DNA of 62,860 nt, filler included, from 5 parts of 5 records of this genome joined end to end with filler, not necessarily neighbours in it, one strand, 5' to 3'; counted from the first letter of the whole stretch, positions 49,558-58,956 are shown. Notes: generated from the sequence alone by a model not told the origin. Translations and numbers: made by a program.

Positions 49558-49862
49558 TTAACCTCCCTTAAGAAATAGCGAGCCACGTTGTAGTGAGGGT
49601 GCCCGTCGCTGTCCAAAACAGTGCCGTATGTGACCGCTATGCATAACCCTCGCTCTCGTAATGCTTTGATTTTTTGGGGAGGCGCATGAACGCCTCCCTC
49701 ATGCAAATCGAAGGTTGTGACACCTCGATCACCAGCTTCAACAAGCATCGCGTATGCAAAGGCTTGCGCCCTTGGCAACCTGTCCCTATGGACGAGATAA
49801 GGGCATGACACAGTTAAGATTTTTGGCACAGCTGTAGTCGCGAGATAGGGAGACGTGATCAT
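49533..49862 (-). CDS. Winged HTH protein (HTH_39-like)
   Basis: VTTFDLHEGGVHAPPQKIKALRERG...DSDGHPHYNVARYFL; overlaps the alpA stop and DUF3631 start. Confidence 0.7.
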   Translation of the reverse strand: MITSPYLATTAVPKILTVSCPYLVHRDRLPRAQAFAYAMLVEAGDRGVTTFDLHEGGVHAPPQKIKALRERGLCIAVTYGTVLDSDGHPHYNVARYFLREVKCRCTQTN

Positions 49863-50080
49863 TGAGCCACCTCCTGGCCGCGTGCAGCGATACGTGATTC
49901 AATCCAATCGATTACCTCTTCCTCTACCCATCCCTTACTAGAGCCACCTGGCACTAGAGAAACAGGTTTGGGAAATTGGCCTTTCGATACCATGTGGTAA
50001 ACGTGAGACTTAGAGATTCCGGTAAGGTCACAGACTCGCTTCATGCGGAGTAAGCGTGGAGAGGTAGATGTTAGACTCAT
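49859..50080 (-). CDS. alpA: AlpA-family regulator/excisionase
   Basis: RLLRMKRVCDLTGISKSHVYHMVSKGQFPKPV..GWVEEEVIDWIESR. Confidence 0.95.
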   Translation of the reverse strand: MSLTSTSPRLLRMKRVCDLTGISKSHVYHMVSKGQFPKPVSLVPGGSSKGWVEEEVIDWIESRIAARGQEVAQ

Positions 50081-50253
50081 AAATAGTCACCTATATTTGG
50101 TTAAAAAAACGTCCATTGAGGTCCATAGACTGAACAGGACAACTATATGCTGAGCCAATCAAAAAGCGTTTTCTGAGTTTTTTTGCCTTTTGGAGCAAAA
50201 ATATTTACGGCAGATATCTATGAAAAACAGGCGGGGTTCTGTTACGGAGCTGA

Positions 50254-51465
50254 CTATTCGTCCCGGAGCTTATCTAGGTAGTCAGCCCACTCTTGCATCA
50301 TCTTGATGCGCTCGTCCATCAGCTGGGCTTTGTTGTAGGTAGCGCGAATGCGGTCTTTGTTGACGTGGGCCAACTGCAGCTCTATCGCATCGGGTGAGTA
50401 CCCCATCTCGTTGAGAAATGTGCTCGCCGTATGACGAAAGCCGTGGCTGGTCATGAAACCAGTGCCATAGGGTTTGTTGGTTTTGGGGTTAATAAGCCGC
50501 TTAATAGCCATAGTCGTGGTGTTCTCGCTCATTGGCTTACCATGACCGTGGCGAGTAACAAATACATAGGGGTGCTTACCAGTTAGGGGTTTCAACGCCT
50601 TCAGTATGGTTATTGCCTGGCGAGCCAATGGCACCTGCAGCTCCCTGCCGGCTTTCATTTCGTGTTTGGGGATCGTCAACATCGCGGAATCAAAGTCGAT
50701 ATACTCCCAACGCATATACCTTATGTTGAATGGCCGAAGAAATAGCAACGGCATCAACTGCAGAGCATAGCTAGTGACCGGGCTCTGGCGAGCCGCCGGC
50801 TGATGTATTTGCTTGATCAAGTTCGCTAGGTCCTCTTTTTCAGTAATATGCCCAAAGTTGCCTTTTGTTCGGTGATCAGGCTTTGGCAGTAATTCTGTGA
50901 GGCCCTGTGCGGGGTTGTTCTCTATGACACCGAGTATCAGCAGCTCGTTGAACACATGCCTGAGAATGCCGGCCATGCGTTTTGCTGTCTCACGAGCACC
51001 TCTTTCAGCAATCGGGGTGAGAATCTGCAACAAGTCTCGGGTGCTGTATTGGTCAACACCTTTTTTATCCAAAGAGGGGTAGATATTGGTTTCTAGACGC
51101 TGCACAAGATCAATGCGGGTTGTCTCGGCATAGTTCTGTTTTTCGATCCAGAGCTTGGCAAAATCACTGAAGCGCTGTTGGCTGGCCTGCTGCTTAGCCA
51201 CCCTCTCCCTTTTAGCTTCGGTAGGGTTAAGCCCTTCTGCAACCATCTTGCGCGCCTGCAAGTGGGCCTCACGTGCTTCTGCTAAGGAGTACTCAGGGAA
51301 TGCGCCGATGGTGTACGTCGCCCTCTTCCCGCCCAAGCGATAGTCATACTTCCAGGACTTGGCGCCTGAAGGGCGGACACTCAAGTAAAGGCCCCCACTA
51401 TCGGTCATCTTGTATGGCTTGCTTTGAGCTTTTGCGTTGCGCACTGCAGTAGCTGTTAATGGCAT
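50254..51465 (-). CDS. Tyrosine integrase, P4-like
   Basis: MPLTATAVRNAK..PYKMTDSGGLYL arm-binding domain; LFLRP, SHGFRHTAST, LAH, YNKA catalytic residues; start corrected to ATG 51465. Confidence 0.97.
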   Translation of the reverse strand: MPLTATAVRNAKAQSKPYKMTDSGGLYLSVRPSGAKSWKYDYRLGGKRATYTIGAFPEYSLAEAREAHLQARKMVAEGLNPTEAKRERVAKQQASQQRFSDFAKLWIEKQNYAETTRIDLVQRLETNIYPSLDKKGVDQYSTRDLLQILTPIAERGARETAKRMAGILRHVFNELLILGVIENNPAQGLTELLPKPDHRTKGNFGHITEKEDLANLIKQIHQPAARQSPVTSYALQLMPLLFLRPFNIRYMRWEYIDFDSAMLTIPKHEMKAGRELQVPLARQAITILKALKPLTGKHPYVFVTRHGHGKPMSENTTTMAIKRLINPKTNKPYGTGFMTSHGFRHTASTFLNEMGYSPDAIELQLAHVNKDRIRATYNKAQLMDERIKMMQEWADYLDKLRDE

Positions 51466-51502
51466 GAGCGTATGAATCCCGTCTTCACCGCCACACACTG
51501 GA

Positions 51503-51560
51503 ACCGTCAATGAGACCGTCACCGGAACCGTCAGGCGTGTCGGATGCTATAAAACCGTCC
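51503..51560 (+). repeat. Integrase arm-type binding repeats
   Basis: ACCGTCA at 51503, 51515, 51527 (12-bp period) and ACCGTCC at 51554. Confidence 0.7.
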
Positions 51561-51652
51561 GGACAGTATAAGACAGTAACACATTGTTTTACATATACTT
51601 TATTGAGTATTTTACGTCCTATATTTTCCGAGGAAATATGTGTTTTGACGTT

Positions 51653-51666
51653 CTCCCTCACCGCCA
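51653..51666 (+). other. att site: duplicated 3' end of tRNA-Ser
   Basis: CTCCCTCACCGCCA matches the end of gammaproteobacterial tRNA-Ser(GGA) (..CCCTCACCGCCA); no full tRNA upstream; followed by a terminator. Confidence 0.75.
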
Positions 51667-51710
51667 TAAATAAAAAACCCGGCCTTGAGCCGGGTTTTTT
51701 ATTTATGGCG
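51662..51710 (+). terminator. 22-bp perfect-stem terminator (native tRNA terminator)
   Basis: CGCCATAAATAAAAAACCCGGC-CTTGA-GCCGGGTTTTTTATTTATGGCG. Confidence 0.85.
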
Positions 51711-51891
51711 TGTGGGTCGGTGAGAACCCTCGCCAAGGTTCGATAAAACGCATCGCGTTTTAGACGCCACCGCAACGCGAAGGCGCCCCGAAGGGATAAG
51801 CAAATAGCTATTCATCGTGTAGTAAGGGCTGGGCTGGACTAGCCGGGCTAGGCCGCTCAACCTGCGGATCCAGCCCTTTCTCTAAGTCTGC

Positions 51892-53953
51892 TCAAGACTT
51901 GGGCACTGGCTCCAATTTGCGACGGAAGCTGCCCGAGATACGCACGACATTGTCGCCACCGGGCATGATTTGCTCACCGTCGATAATCAGCGCTGTGGCC
52001 TTATAGGTGCCGGTCACATAACCATTGTCATCGGTAAGAATTTCTACCTGACAGGCTGCACCATCCAGCGTCAGCTCTGCCTTGGCGTCACGATCATACT
52101 GCGTAGTCTGGTACAGCGCGCCAATCGCCTGCAGATTCACCTGCACCGCGCGATTGTCGGCACTGTTTACATCGGCGCAGTTATACACACCCACTGCACG
52201 CGGCATATTGATCACATCCAACTTGAGGCCTTTGCGGCGATCCAGGGTGCGATAACCGTACTGACTGTAAGAACTCTCATAGCTGTAAAGCTGATCGAAG
52301 GGGTCATAGATAAATTTGAAACGATCGCCCGTCTGCCAATGGCCGCTGCCGTCTTCAACACGCATGGTAATGCCGACTTCGTCGGGCGCCAGTTCGCCTT
52401 CGTCACCGCTGTCATTATCAGGGCGCGTCAGCACAACGGCATAGTTACGGAATTTGCCACTGATTTCCAAACGGCGATCGTCACCCTCCAATAAGTTTTC
52501 CTGGGCAAACAACGTCGCGGTGTAGCTAGCGTCATAGAATTTGCCACCACGCGACACGGTTACGATTTCACACTCACCACCGGCATCATCTGAGGTATAG
52601 CGTTGCTCCAGCAAATAGGTACCGACTTTTACCCACATGTGCATAGCGCCAGCACGATTTCGGTACTCGGTGCCACAGTGGTAGGTTGCATCCCCAGCAA
52701 AGCCACCCTGTGGCTGGGTGCCCGCATGCAGGCTCATGATATCGGAGGCATTGCCGGTAAACGGAGGCGTGCCGTCATCCGGGCTGGTACCGCCGAGACC
52801 AACAGGGTTATCCAACAGGAAGTGCTGATCTGAACCCAGTTCATAACTTGGATTATCGGCCAGTTCGATACTGCCAAAATAGTCCCGAGGCAAGTCACCC
52901 TCAAGTGTTCCTGGTACACCCTCGTGGTCATATACGCGGAACGGCACATTTTCAAGCTGAATAGCGTAGTCGTCCTTCTCCAGTGTGGCCGCAAGAATAA
53001 CGCCTTGAATACCCCCCAACTCGCTGACGTAGTCAGTGCGTAGCCTACAGTCGCTGGCCGTGTAATCGCCGCGATTAGCTGGCGCTCCGGTAACGGCATT
53101 CATTGACAGCACCATCTGTAGCTGATCGTCGCAGATTTGCTCGCCCAGAACATGAGGAATATTCAGATACATGGCCGCAGGCACTACGCCTTCGTACTCC
53201 GTGGTATCGATGTTGTTACGGGTATCGACATTAAACCGCAGCTGCCGAACACCACCCAACGTGGTATACACGCTGGCATAATCCAACAAATAGCGATAAT
53301 TACTGCCTGCAAACTTCAAGTAAGCGCCGTTCTTACCATTCAGAGAATCGTAAACCGGATTGTCGAGTTCGCCCGCGACACCACCGCCGCCGGTCTCGCC
53401 GCCGGTTTCACCGCCGCCGCTATTTTCGATCGTCGCCTTAAAGTAGCCATTGCTCACTACGCGACGAGGCTCCTCGCCCAAGAAATTCCCGGAGAAGTAA
53501 CCCTCGTAGACAGGGCCGGCCTGCACCACCTTAATCACGCAGTCGCCATTGTTCGAAGCCAGTCCTGACTGATCGAGATCATCGGCATTGATGTACTGCA
53601 GTACCGTGTCGTGGCCGTTATCGTCGCAGGAATAGGTGCCTATTGTTGCCGGCACGTGCACTCGCCACTTCTCGCGTCGCTCACTATCCAGCCCCTCGAG
53701 ATAAACCAGCCCGTTGCCGTTGTTACTTCTTAGGACATCGACAACATCGGTGAAGGTATAGCTCACTCCATCGATATCGCCAGTGAAACCATCGCCAGTG
53801 AAGCGGCCTTTGCCTTGATTATCGACTTCCGGGTCGGTTTGGCCGCCGGTTTCCCCGCCAGTCTCACCACCGGTTTCTCCACCAGACTCGCCTCCGGTAT
53901 CTCCACCAGACTCGCCTCCGTTATCTCCGCCAGTCTCTCCTCCGGTTTCTCCG
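51892..53953 (-). CDS. Large extracellular-type protein with GGET linkers and four Cys-pair beta domains (5' truncated)
   Basis: Frame is open from the contig end through a GETGGETGGDNGGESGG repeat into ORF 51892-53766. Confidence 0.85.
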
Positions 53954-54053
53954 NNNNNNNNNNNNNNNNNNNNNNNNNNNNNNNNNNNNNNNNNNNNTTA
54001 ATTAATTAANNNNNNNNNNNNNNNNNNNNNNNNNNNNNNNNNNNNNNNNNNNN
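53954..54053. other. Artificial contig linker
   Basis: N-run + TTAATTAATTAA + N-run. Confidence 0.99.
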
Positions 54054-55397
54054 TATCGCGATGCGGATTTGCGCATTCTGGTGCTGGCGGCCGATCTGGG
54101 ACTGGCGAAAAAGATGGTGCGCAATGTCAAGCGCGTGATCGAACGCCATCCGTTGCTGGTGGGGCTTCTGCCCGAAAAGCGGGTCGATTGGGGCACGCAG
54201 CGTTTTACGGTCGAGCGACCGGGCGTATTGCGGGATCCGTCGATGCAGGCGGCGGGAATTGGCGGCAATATCACCGGGTCGCGCGCCGATGTGGTGATTT
54301 GCGATGATGTCGAGGTGCCCAAAAACAGCGATAGCGCCCATAAACGCGCCGAATTGCGCGAGAAGCTGGGCGAGATTGCCTATGTCCTGTCGCCCGATGG
54401 CACGCAGATTTATGTCGGAACCCCACATAGCTATTATTCGATCTATGCCGACGAAATCCGGGCCGAAACCGGGGAAACCGCCCCGTTTCTGGCGGGGTTT
54501 GAGCGGTTCTGCCTGCCGATCCTGGATGAACAGGGGCAATCGAACTGGCCAGAGCGGTTTCCGACCCTCAAGATCGAGGAAATCCGCACCCATACCGGGG
54601 AGCGGAAATTTGCCAGCCAGATGATGCTGAAGATGCTGGCCCCCAGTGACGGGATCCTCGACCCCGCGCGGTTGCACCGTTATGGCGATGATGCGGTGAT
54701 CGAGCAGGCCAACGGGGCGCTTCGGCTGTCGATTGCGGGGCGGCGGATGGTGGCGGGCGCATGCCATTTTGATCCGAGCTTTGGGGCCAGCGGGGGCGTA
54801 CCTGGTGGCGCAAATGGGGGCGCACATGATGGCGCGGTGATTGCGTGCGTTTATGTCTGCGAGCGCGGGGAATACTGGCTGCATGATATGGCGTGGCTGA
54901 CATTTGATCCGACGCGCCTGCATGAGGCCGATGAAGCCAGCCAGATTTGTGCCAAGGCTGCAGCATTCATCCGGCAGAACCATTTGCCGTCGGTGCGGGT
55001 CGAGACCAATGGCGTCGGGCGGTTTTTGCCCAATATCCTGCGCCGCGCCTTGAAGCAGGCCGACTGGGCGGCAAGTGTGGTGGAGCATCACGAGGCGAAA
55101 AACAAGGATGCGCGGATCGAGGATGCATTTGGCGCGGTGTTGAGTGCGGGGTTGCTGCATGCGCATGCGCGTATCTGGCAAACGCCGTTCATCCGTGAAA
55201 TGCGCGAATGGCGACCCGGCGAGGGACGGGGGCGGGGAAGGAGCAAAGCGGGCCAGCATGATGACGGGCTGGATGCGGTGGCGGGCTGCCTGATCCATGA
55301 GCCGGTGCGCCTGCCGCGGGTGGAAAAAGCCCGGTCCGGGGGCGACTGGCGGCCTGCCGGGGCGGCTTTTTCGGCGCGAAACGGGTTTCAGCCCTAA
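54054..55397 (+). CDS. Phage/GTA-type terminase large subunit (5' truncated)
   Basis: GGNITGSRADVVICDDVE Walker B, YVGTPH, nuclease FDPS, VETNGVG, HDDGLDAVAG. Confidence 0.93.
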   Translation, partial: YRDADLRILVLAADLGLAKKMVRNVKRVIERHPLLVGLLPEKRVDWGTQRFTVERPGVLRDPSMQAAGIGGNITGSRADVVICDDVEVPKNSDSAHKRAELREKLGEIAYVLSPDGTQIYVGTPHSYYSIYADEIRAETGETAPFLAGFERFCLPILDEQGQSNWPERFPTLKIEEIRTHTGERKFASQMMLKMLAPSDGILDPARLHRYGDDAVIEQANGALRLSIAGRRMVAGACHFDPSFGASGGVPGGANGGAHDGAVIACVYVCERGEYWLHDMAWLTFDPTRLHEADEASQICAKAAAFIRQNHLPSVRVETNGVGRFLPNILRRALKQADWAASVVEHHEAKNKDARIEDAFGAVLSAGLLHAHARIWQTPFIREMREWRPGEGRGRGRSKAGQHDDGLDAVAGCLIHEPVRLPRVEKARSGGDWRPAGAAFSARNGFQP

Positions 55398-55673
55398 AAA
55401 GTTTCGTGAATTCACAAATGCTTATGCAATCCGTCGATCACAAAATCGAGAAATTCATGGAAAATTCAATATTCGTGATTACCTTAACTATATGGTTGAA
55501 TAGTAATTGCGAAAATTAACTATACCAAGGAATAATTTGCATCCTTTGAGTCGATACGGGTTTGTTGCCGCAAGGCGCGGCGTTGGTCAATTTAGCAGTG
55601 CCGGAACACAAGACGCCCCTGCCGTTCATCCCGGGCGCACCGCACTGCCTGTCCCTTAAAGGAGGGCCTGACC

Positions 55674-55985
55674 ATGTGGAAAACTGTAAGCCTGATTGCC
55701 GTAATGGCCGGTGGCATCACCCTTGCCAGTCCGGTTACGGCGCAGACCGTATCGCCGGTTTGCGGCGACCGCACCAAGGTGATCAACAGCCTGAGCGCGA
55801 AATATTCCGAGGAACCGGTCGCGGTTGGCGTGACCGCCAATGGCGGCGTGATCGAGGTGCTGAAAGCCCCCGATGGCAAGACATGGACCATCCTGTTTAC
55901 CTCGCCCAACGGGGCAAGCTGCCTTGTGGCATCGGGCGAGGCGTGGCAGGAGCTTGAGGTAAAGCTTAACGGGCCGCACGCCTGA
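55674..55985 (+). CDS. Small secreted hypothetical protein with a Cys pair
   Basis: RBS AAGGAGG; signal peptide; CGDRTKVINSLSAKYSE...GKTWTILFTSPNGASCLVASGEAW. Confidence 0.85.
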   Translation: MWKTVSLIAVMAGGITLASPVTAQTVSPVCGDRTKVINSLSAKYSEEPVAVGVTANGGVIEVLKAPDGKTWTILFTSPNGASCLVASGEAWQELEVKLNGPHA

Positions 55986-56161
55986 ATTTTCGGCGCGCCC
56001 CGGACCGAGACACCAGCCCCGCAACCGACCCTATCCTCCCGGTGGGTGCTTGCGGACCCGGCTGGTGACCATTGACGGATGACTGAGACGAAGACAATCG
56101 GGACGATTGAGACGACGGCTGATCCTATCTTATCTGGTTTTGATGAGTGACCTCCTTGACT

Positions 56162-56195
56162 GACCCGCAAGCCTTTCGGTTTGCGGGTCTTTTTT
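56162..56195 (+). terminator. Intrinsic terminator
   Basis: GACCCGCAA-GCCTTTCGGT-TTGCGGGTCTTTTTT. Confidence 0.85.
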
Positions 56196-56326
56196 GTGCC
56201 GGTCTTTTTTGTGCCGGGGCGGGGCGGGAGAGGGGGCGGGCGGCTTGGTAAAATTTCATGTGGGTCCGCATTTCCGATGCGGGCCCTTTTTCATGGGCGA
56301 TTTATGCAAAGGGGCAGGAGGATGTG

Positions 56327-56620
56327 ATGAGTGGACCGGTTGATCTGATCTGGTGGATTACGGCGGTGGAAATTCCCGCCGTGGCGGGGCTTTTCTGGCT
56401 GAACTGGCGGATGCGGAGCGAGCTTTCGGCGCGGCTGGAAAGCCAGCGCGAGGGCCATGACGCGGAGATGATCGCGCTTCGCGATGGCTTGGCGGACTTC
56501 AAGCTTGATGTGGCGCGAAACTACGTTTCGATCCCGTACCTTAAAGATATTGAAAAACGCCTGACCGCGCATCTGCTGCGGATCGAGGCGAAGCTTGATC
56601 ACAATGTACCGGCAGCGTGA
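56327..56620 (+). CDS. Single-TM coiled-coil protein (phage lysis-region type)
   Basis: RBS AGGAGG before ATG 56327; WWITAVEIPAVAGLFWL TM; FKLDVARNYVS..YLKDIEKRL. Confidence 0.8.
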   Translation: MSGPVDLIWWITAVEIPAVAGLFWLNWRMRSELSARLESQREGHDAEMIALRDGLADFKLDVARNYVSIPYLKDIEKRLTAHLLRIEAKLDHNVPAA

Positions 56621-56652
56621 GGCCGGTTTTGAACCCTAGAAAGGAAACAGCG

Positions 56653-57108
56653 ATGAATGATGTTCTGATGATGGAAGCCGTTGCCGACCCGCAGGAATTG
56701 CCGGTCGCCGAGGTGCTGGCAAGGACGCTTTATGGTGAGGCGCGCGGCGAGGGTTTGCCGGGGATCGAGGCGGTGGCCTGCGTGATCCTGAACCGGGTGG
56801 CATTTGCCAAAGCGCGCGGGCGCTATTGGTGGGGCAATACGGTGTCGCAGGTGTGCCTGAAACCGGGGCAGTTTTCCTGCTGGAACGCGGGCGATCCGAA
56901 CCGGGTGAAGTTGCTTAAGCTCAGTGCGCGCGACCCGGCATACCGGCTGTGCAAGCGGGTGGCGACACGGGCATTGGCCGGGGAGATTGCCGACATGACC
57001 CAGGGGGCGACGCATTATCACACCCATGCGGTTGATCCCTATTGGGCGCGCGGACAGGTGCCGGTGGCCGAGATTGGCGGGCATCTGTTTTTCAAAAACA
57101 TAGGGTGA
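56653..57108 (+). CDS. Cell wall hydrolase (SleB/Hydrolase_2), putative endolysin
   Basis: LARTLYGEARGE, VILNRV, QFSCWN, GATHYH, IGGHLFF. Confidence 0.93.
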   Translation: MNDVLMMEAVADPQELPVAEVLARTLYGEARGEGLPGIEAVACVILNRVAFAKARGRYWWGNTVSQVCLKPGQFSCWNAGDPNRVKLLKLSARDPAYRLCKRVATRALAGEIADMTQGATHYHTHAVDPYWARGQVPVAEIGGHLFFKNIG

Positions 57109-57123
57109 ACGTAAAGCCCCATC

Positions 57124-57720
57124 TCAATTGGCGATAAAGGCCCCGGACCACATATGGGCGATGTTCTGGAACGGGACGGGCTGGGTGAAATAGGCCAGCG
57201 GATCATTGATATAAAGTACTGCTGTCGGCCCCATCGGGGTTTGCACCCATGCCATGCCGCGCAGAACCACAACATGCCCGGAATAGGGGGTGTTTTGCAG
57301 TTTGAGGATGATGGCGCGACCCGATGCCAGGGTGTTGTAAAGCACCATCGGATGGGCGGGCATGCCGTAACCTGCGGCATTGTTGCTGACCAGGCTTAGC
57401 AATTGCATGATTTCGGGGTCCTGTCCGGTGCGCACGCATTGCTGTGCCAGCATCGGATTGGCGTTCACCGCGGCAGCATTGCAGCAAAACGGCTGCGGCA
57501 TGCCGTTTGCGGCGGAGACAAGCTCGCACTGATGCGGCGATGAATTGGGGGAGGTCTGGCTTTTCCAATGGGCGATCTGTTCGACCACGGCGACCCAGCA
57601 CCAGACCTGTGTCTGTTGCGGGATATTGACAATGCCAAGGTCAATCGGCGGCGGGAGCTGCTGCGCGGTGGCCTGATTCATCCCCAGAAACAGTAGCACT
57701 GCGGCAAGAAGTCTTTTCAT
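57124..57720 (-). CDS. Secreted papain-like cysteine protease (C39/C70-like)
   Basis: Signal peptide; PQQTQVWCW, GHVVVLRG, YINDP catalytic-triad pattern. Confidence 0.75.
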   Translation of the reverse strand: MKRLLAAVLLFLGMNQATAQQLPPPIDLGIVNIPQQTQVWCWVAVVEQIAHWKSQTSPNSSPHQCELVSAANGMPQPFCCNAAAVNANPMLAQQCVRTGQDPEIMQLLSLVSNNAAGYGMPAHPMVLYNTLASGRAIILKLQNTPYSGHVVVLRGMAWVQTPMGPTAVLYINDPLAYFTQPVPFQNIAHMWSGAFIAN

Positions 57721-57866
57721 GGCGGCCCCCTGATATCCCCTGTATTAAAACGCGAACATTAGATTTGAAAAATAAATCTATTGGTTTTTTATTTTCGCGT
57801 CAATTCATTCAGGGTTGTGTTGGCGGGGCGAGGAAACCGGCATTTTTAAAAGGAAGGAGGTATCAC

Positions 57867-58367
57867 GTGATACCAGCATTACTGGCACAGATCGGCCTGC
57901 CGCTTTTGATGAAGGCGGTCGGCGCGGGGCTTGAAACCATTGATCATCCGGTCGCGAAAACCGCGGCCGAGGGGCTTAAACAGGTGGGGGATGCGGTGAC
58001 CAAGGGCGATGTCACGCCCGCCCAGATCATCGAGGCCAACCGCCATTCCGAACGCATGGCGGAAATCGAGCTTTCGCGGGACCGGAGCGTTTTGGCAACC
58101 GTCAACCGCACCATCCGGGCCGAGGTGCAAAGCGAGGATGCGTTTGTGCGCCGCTGGCGACCGAGCTTTGGCTATGCGGTGGCACTCACCTGGATCATGA
58201 CCATGGGATCAATTGCGGCCGCCATCATCTTAACCCCGCTTCAGGCCCCGGCGATTATTGCCGCATTGGTCAATACCAGCCCGATCTGGGGCATTGCGCT
58301 GGGCGTTTTGGGGGTCAGTGTGGTGAAGCGGAGTGCGGATAAGAAGATCGGAGAGGGTGGCGCGTGA
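57867..58367 (+). CDS. 3TM-type holin (GTA_holin_3TM-like)
   Basis: RBS AAGGAGG before GTG 57867; NRTIRAEVQSEDAFVRRWRPSFGY, GVSVVKRSADK. Confidence 0.8.
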   Translation: MIPALLAQIGLPLLMKAVGAGLETIDHPVAKTAAEGLKQVGDAVTKGDVTPAQIIEANRHSERMAEIELSRDRSVLATVNRTIRAEVQSEDAFVRRWRPSFGYAVALTWIMTMGSIAAAIILTPLQAPAIIAALVNTSPIWGIALGVLGVSVVKRSADKKIGEGGA

Positions 58368-58497
58368 CGGGGTGATGGCCTGTTTGCGGCGGTGATTGCG
58401 GGTTGTCACGGGTGGTGTGGCTGATATGATCGAAAACACCACCCAGGGGGCTGACAGGGGGCTTGAGATTTTGCTGGCCTCCGCAGACGAGGCCGCC

Positions 58498-58956
58498 ATG
58501 TCTGATCAAACGTCGTCATTGCATTTACCATCACGGCCGATTGCGGCGACAATTGCCGTTGTCGTGCGTGATCAGCAGGTTTTGCTGGTGCGCCGCGCCA
58601 ATCCGCCCGATCAGGGCATGTGGGGATATCCCGGCGGCAAGATTGATGCCGGGGAAACCCTTGCACAGGCCGCATTACGCGAACTTCACGAGGAAACCGG
58701 CATTTCGGCGGAAGCCATCGGTGTTTTGACGGCACTCGATGCCTTTGATCGCGATGCGGACGGGCAGGTTAAACGCCATTTCATCCTGATTGCGATGCTG
58801 TGCCGCTGGAATGGTGGGGAGCCGGTTGCGGGGGATGATGCACTGGATGCGGGCTGGTTCCCGGTTGCCGGTCTTGAGGAAAGCGGCGTTGAATTGAGTG
58901 CGGATGTGGCGTGGGTGGCGCGGAAGGCGGCGGATGTTCTGGCGGAGGGGGCATGA
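58498..58956 (+). CDS. NUDIX hydrolase
   Basis: PGGKIDAGETLAQAALRELHEETGI. Confidence 0.95.
   Translation: MSDQTSSLHLPSRPIAATIAVVVRDQQVLLVRRANPPDQGMWGYPGGKIDAGETLAQAALRELHEETGISAEAIGVLTALDAFDRDADGQVKRHFILIAMLCRWNGGEPVAGDDALDAGWFPVAGLEESGVELSADVAWVARKAADVLAEGA

Larger units (their letters stand above)
45156..51666 (-). mobile_element. tRNA-Ser-targeted integrative island / phage-satellite-like element (left end missing)
   Basis: P4-type integrase, AlpA, HTH, DUF3631, radC and hsdM all on the minus strand; tRNA-Ser 3'-end att fragment at 51653-51666; most of it visibly lower GC than contigs 1 and 3. Confidence 0.88.

Noticed and set aside
51600-51800. Complete tRNA or tmRNA gene
   Set aside because: Only a 14-nt 3' end is present; no D-arm or anticodon arm upstream.
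53850-53953. Non-coding tandem repeat at contig end
   Set aside because: It encodes the in-frame GGET linker of the large protein and probably caused the assembly break.
54054-58367. terL as the packaging gene of the island in contig 4
   Set aside because: Different contig and apparently a different bacterial class.
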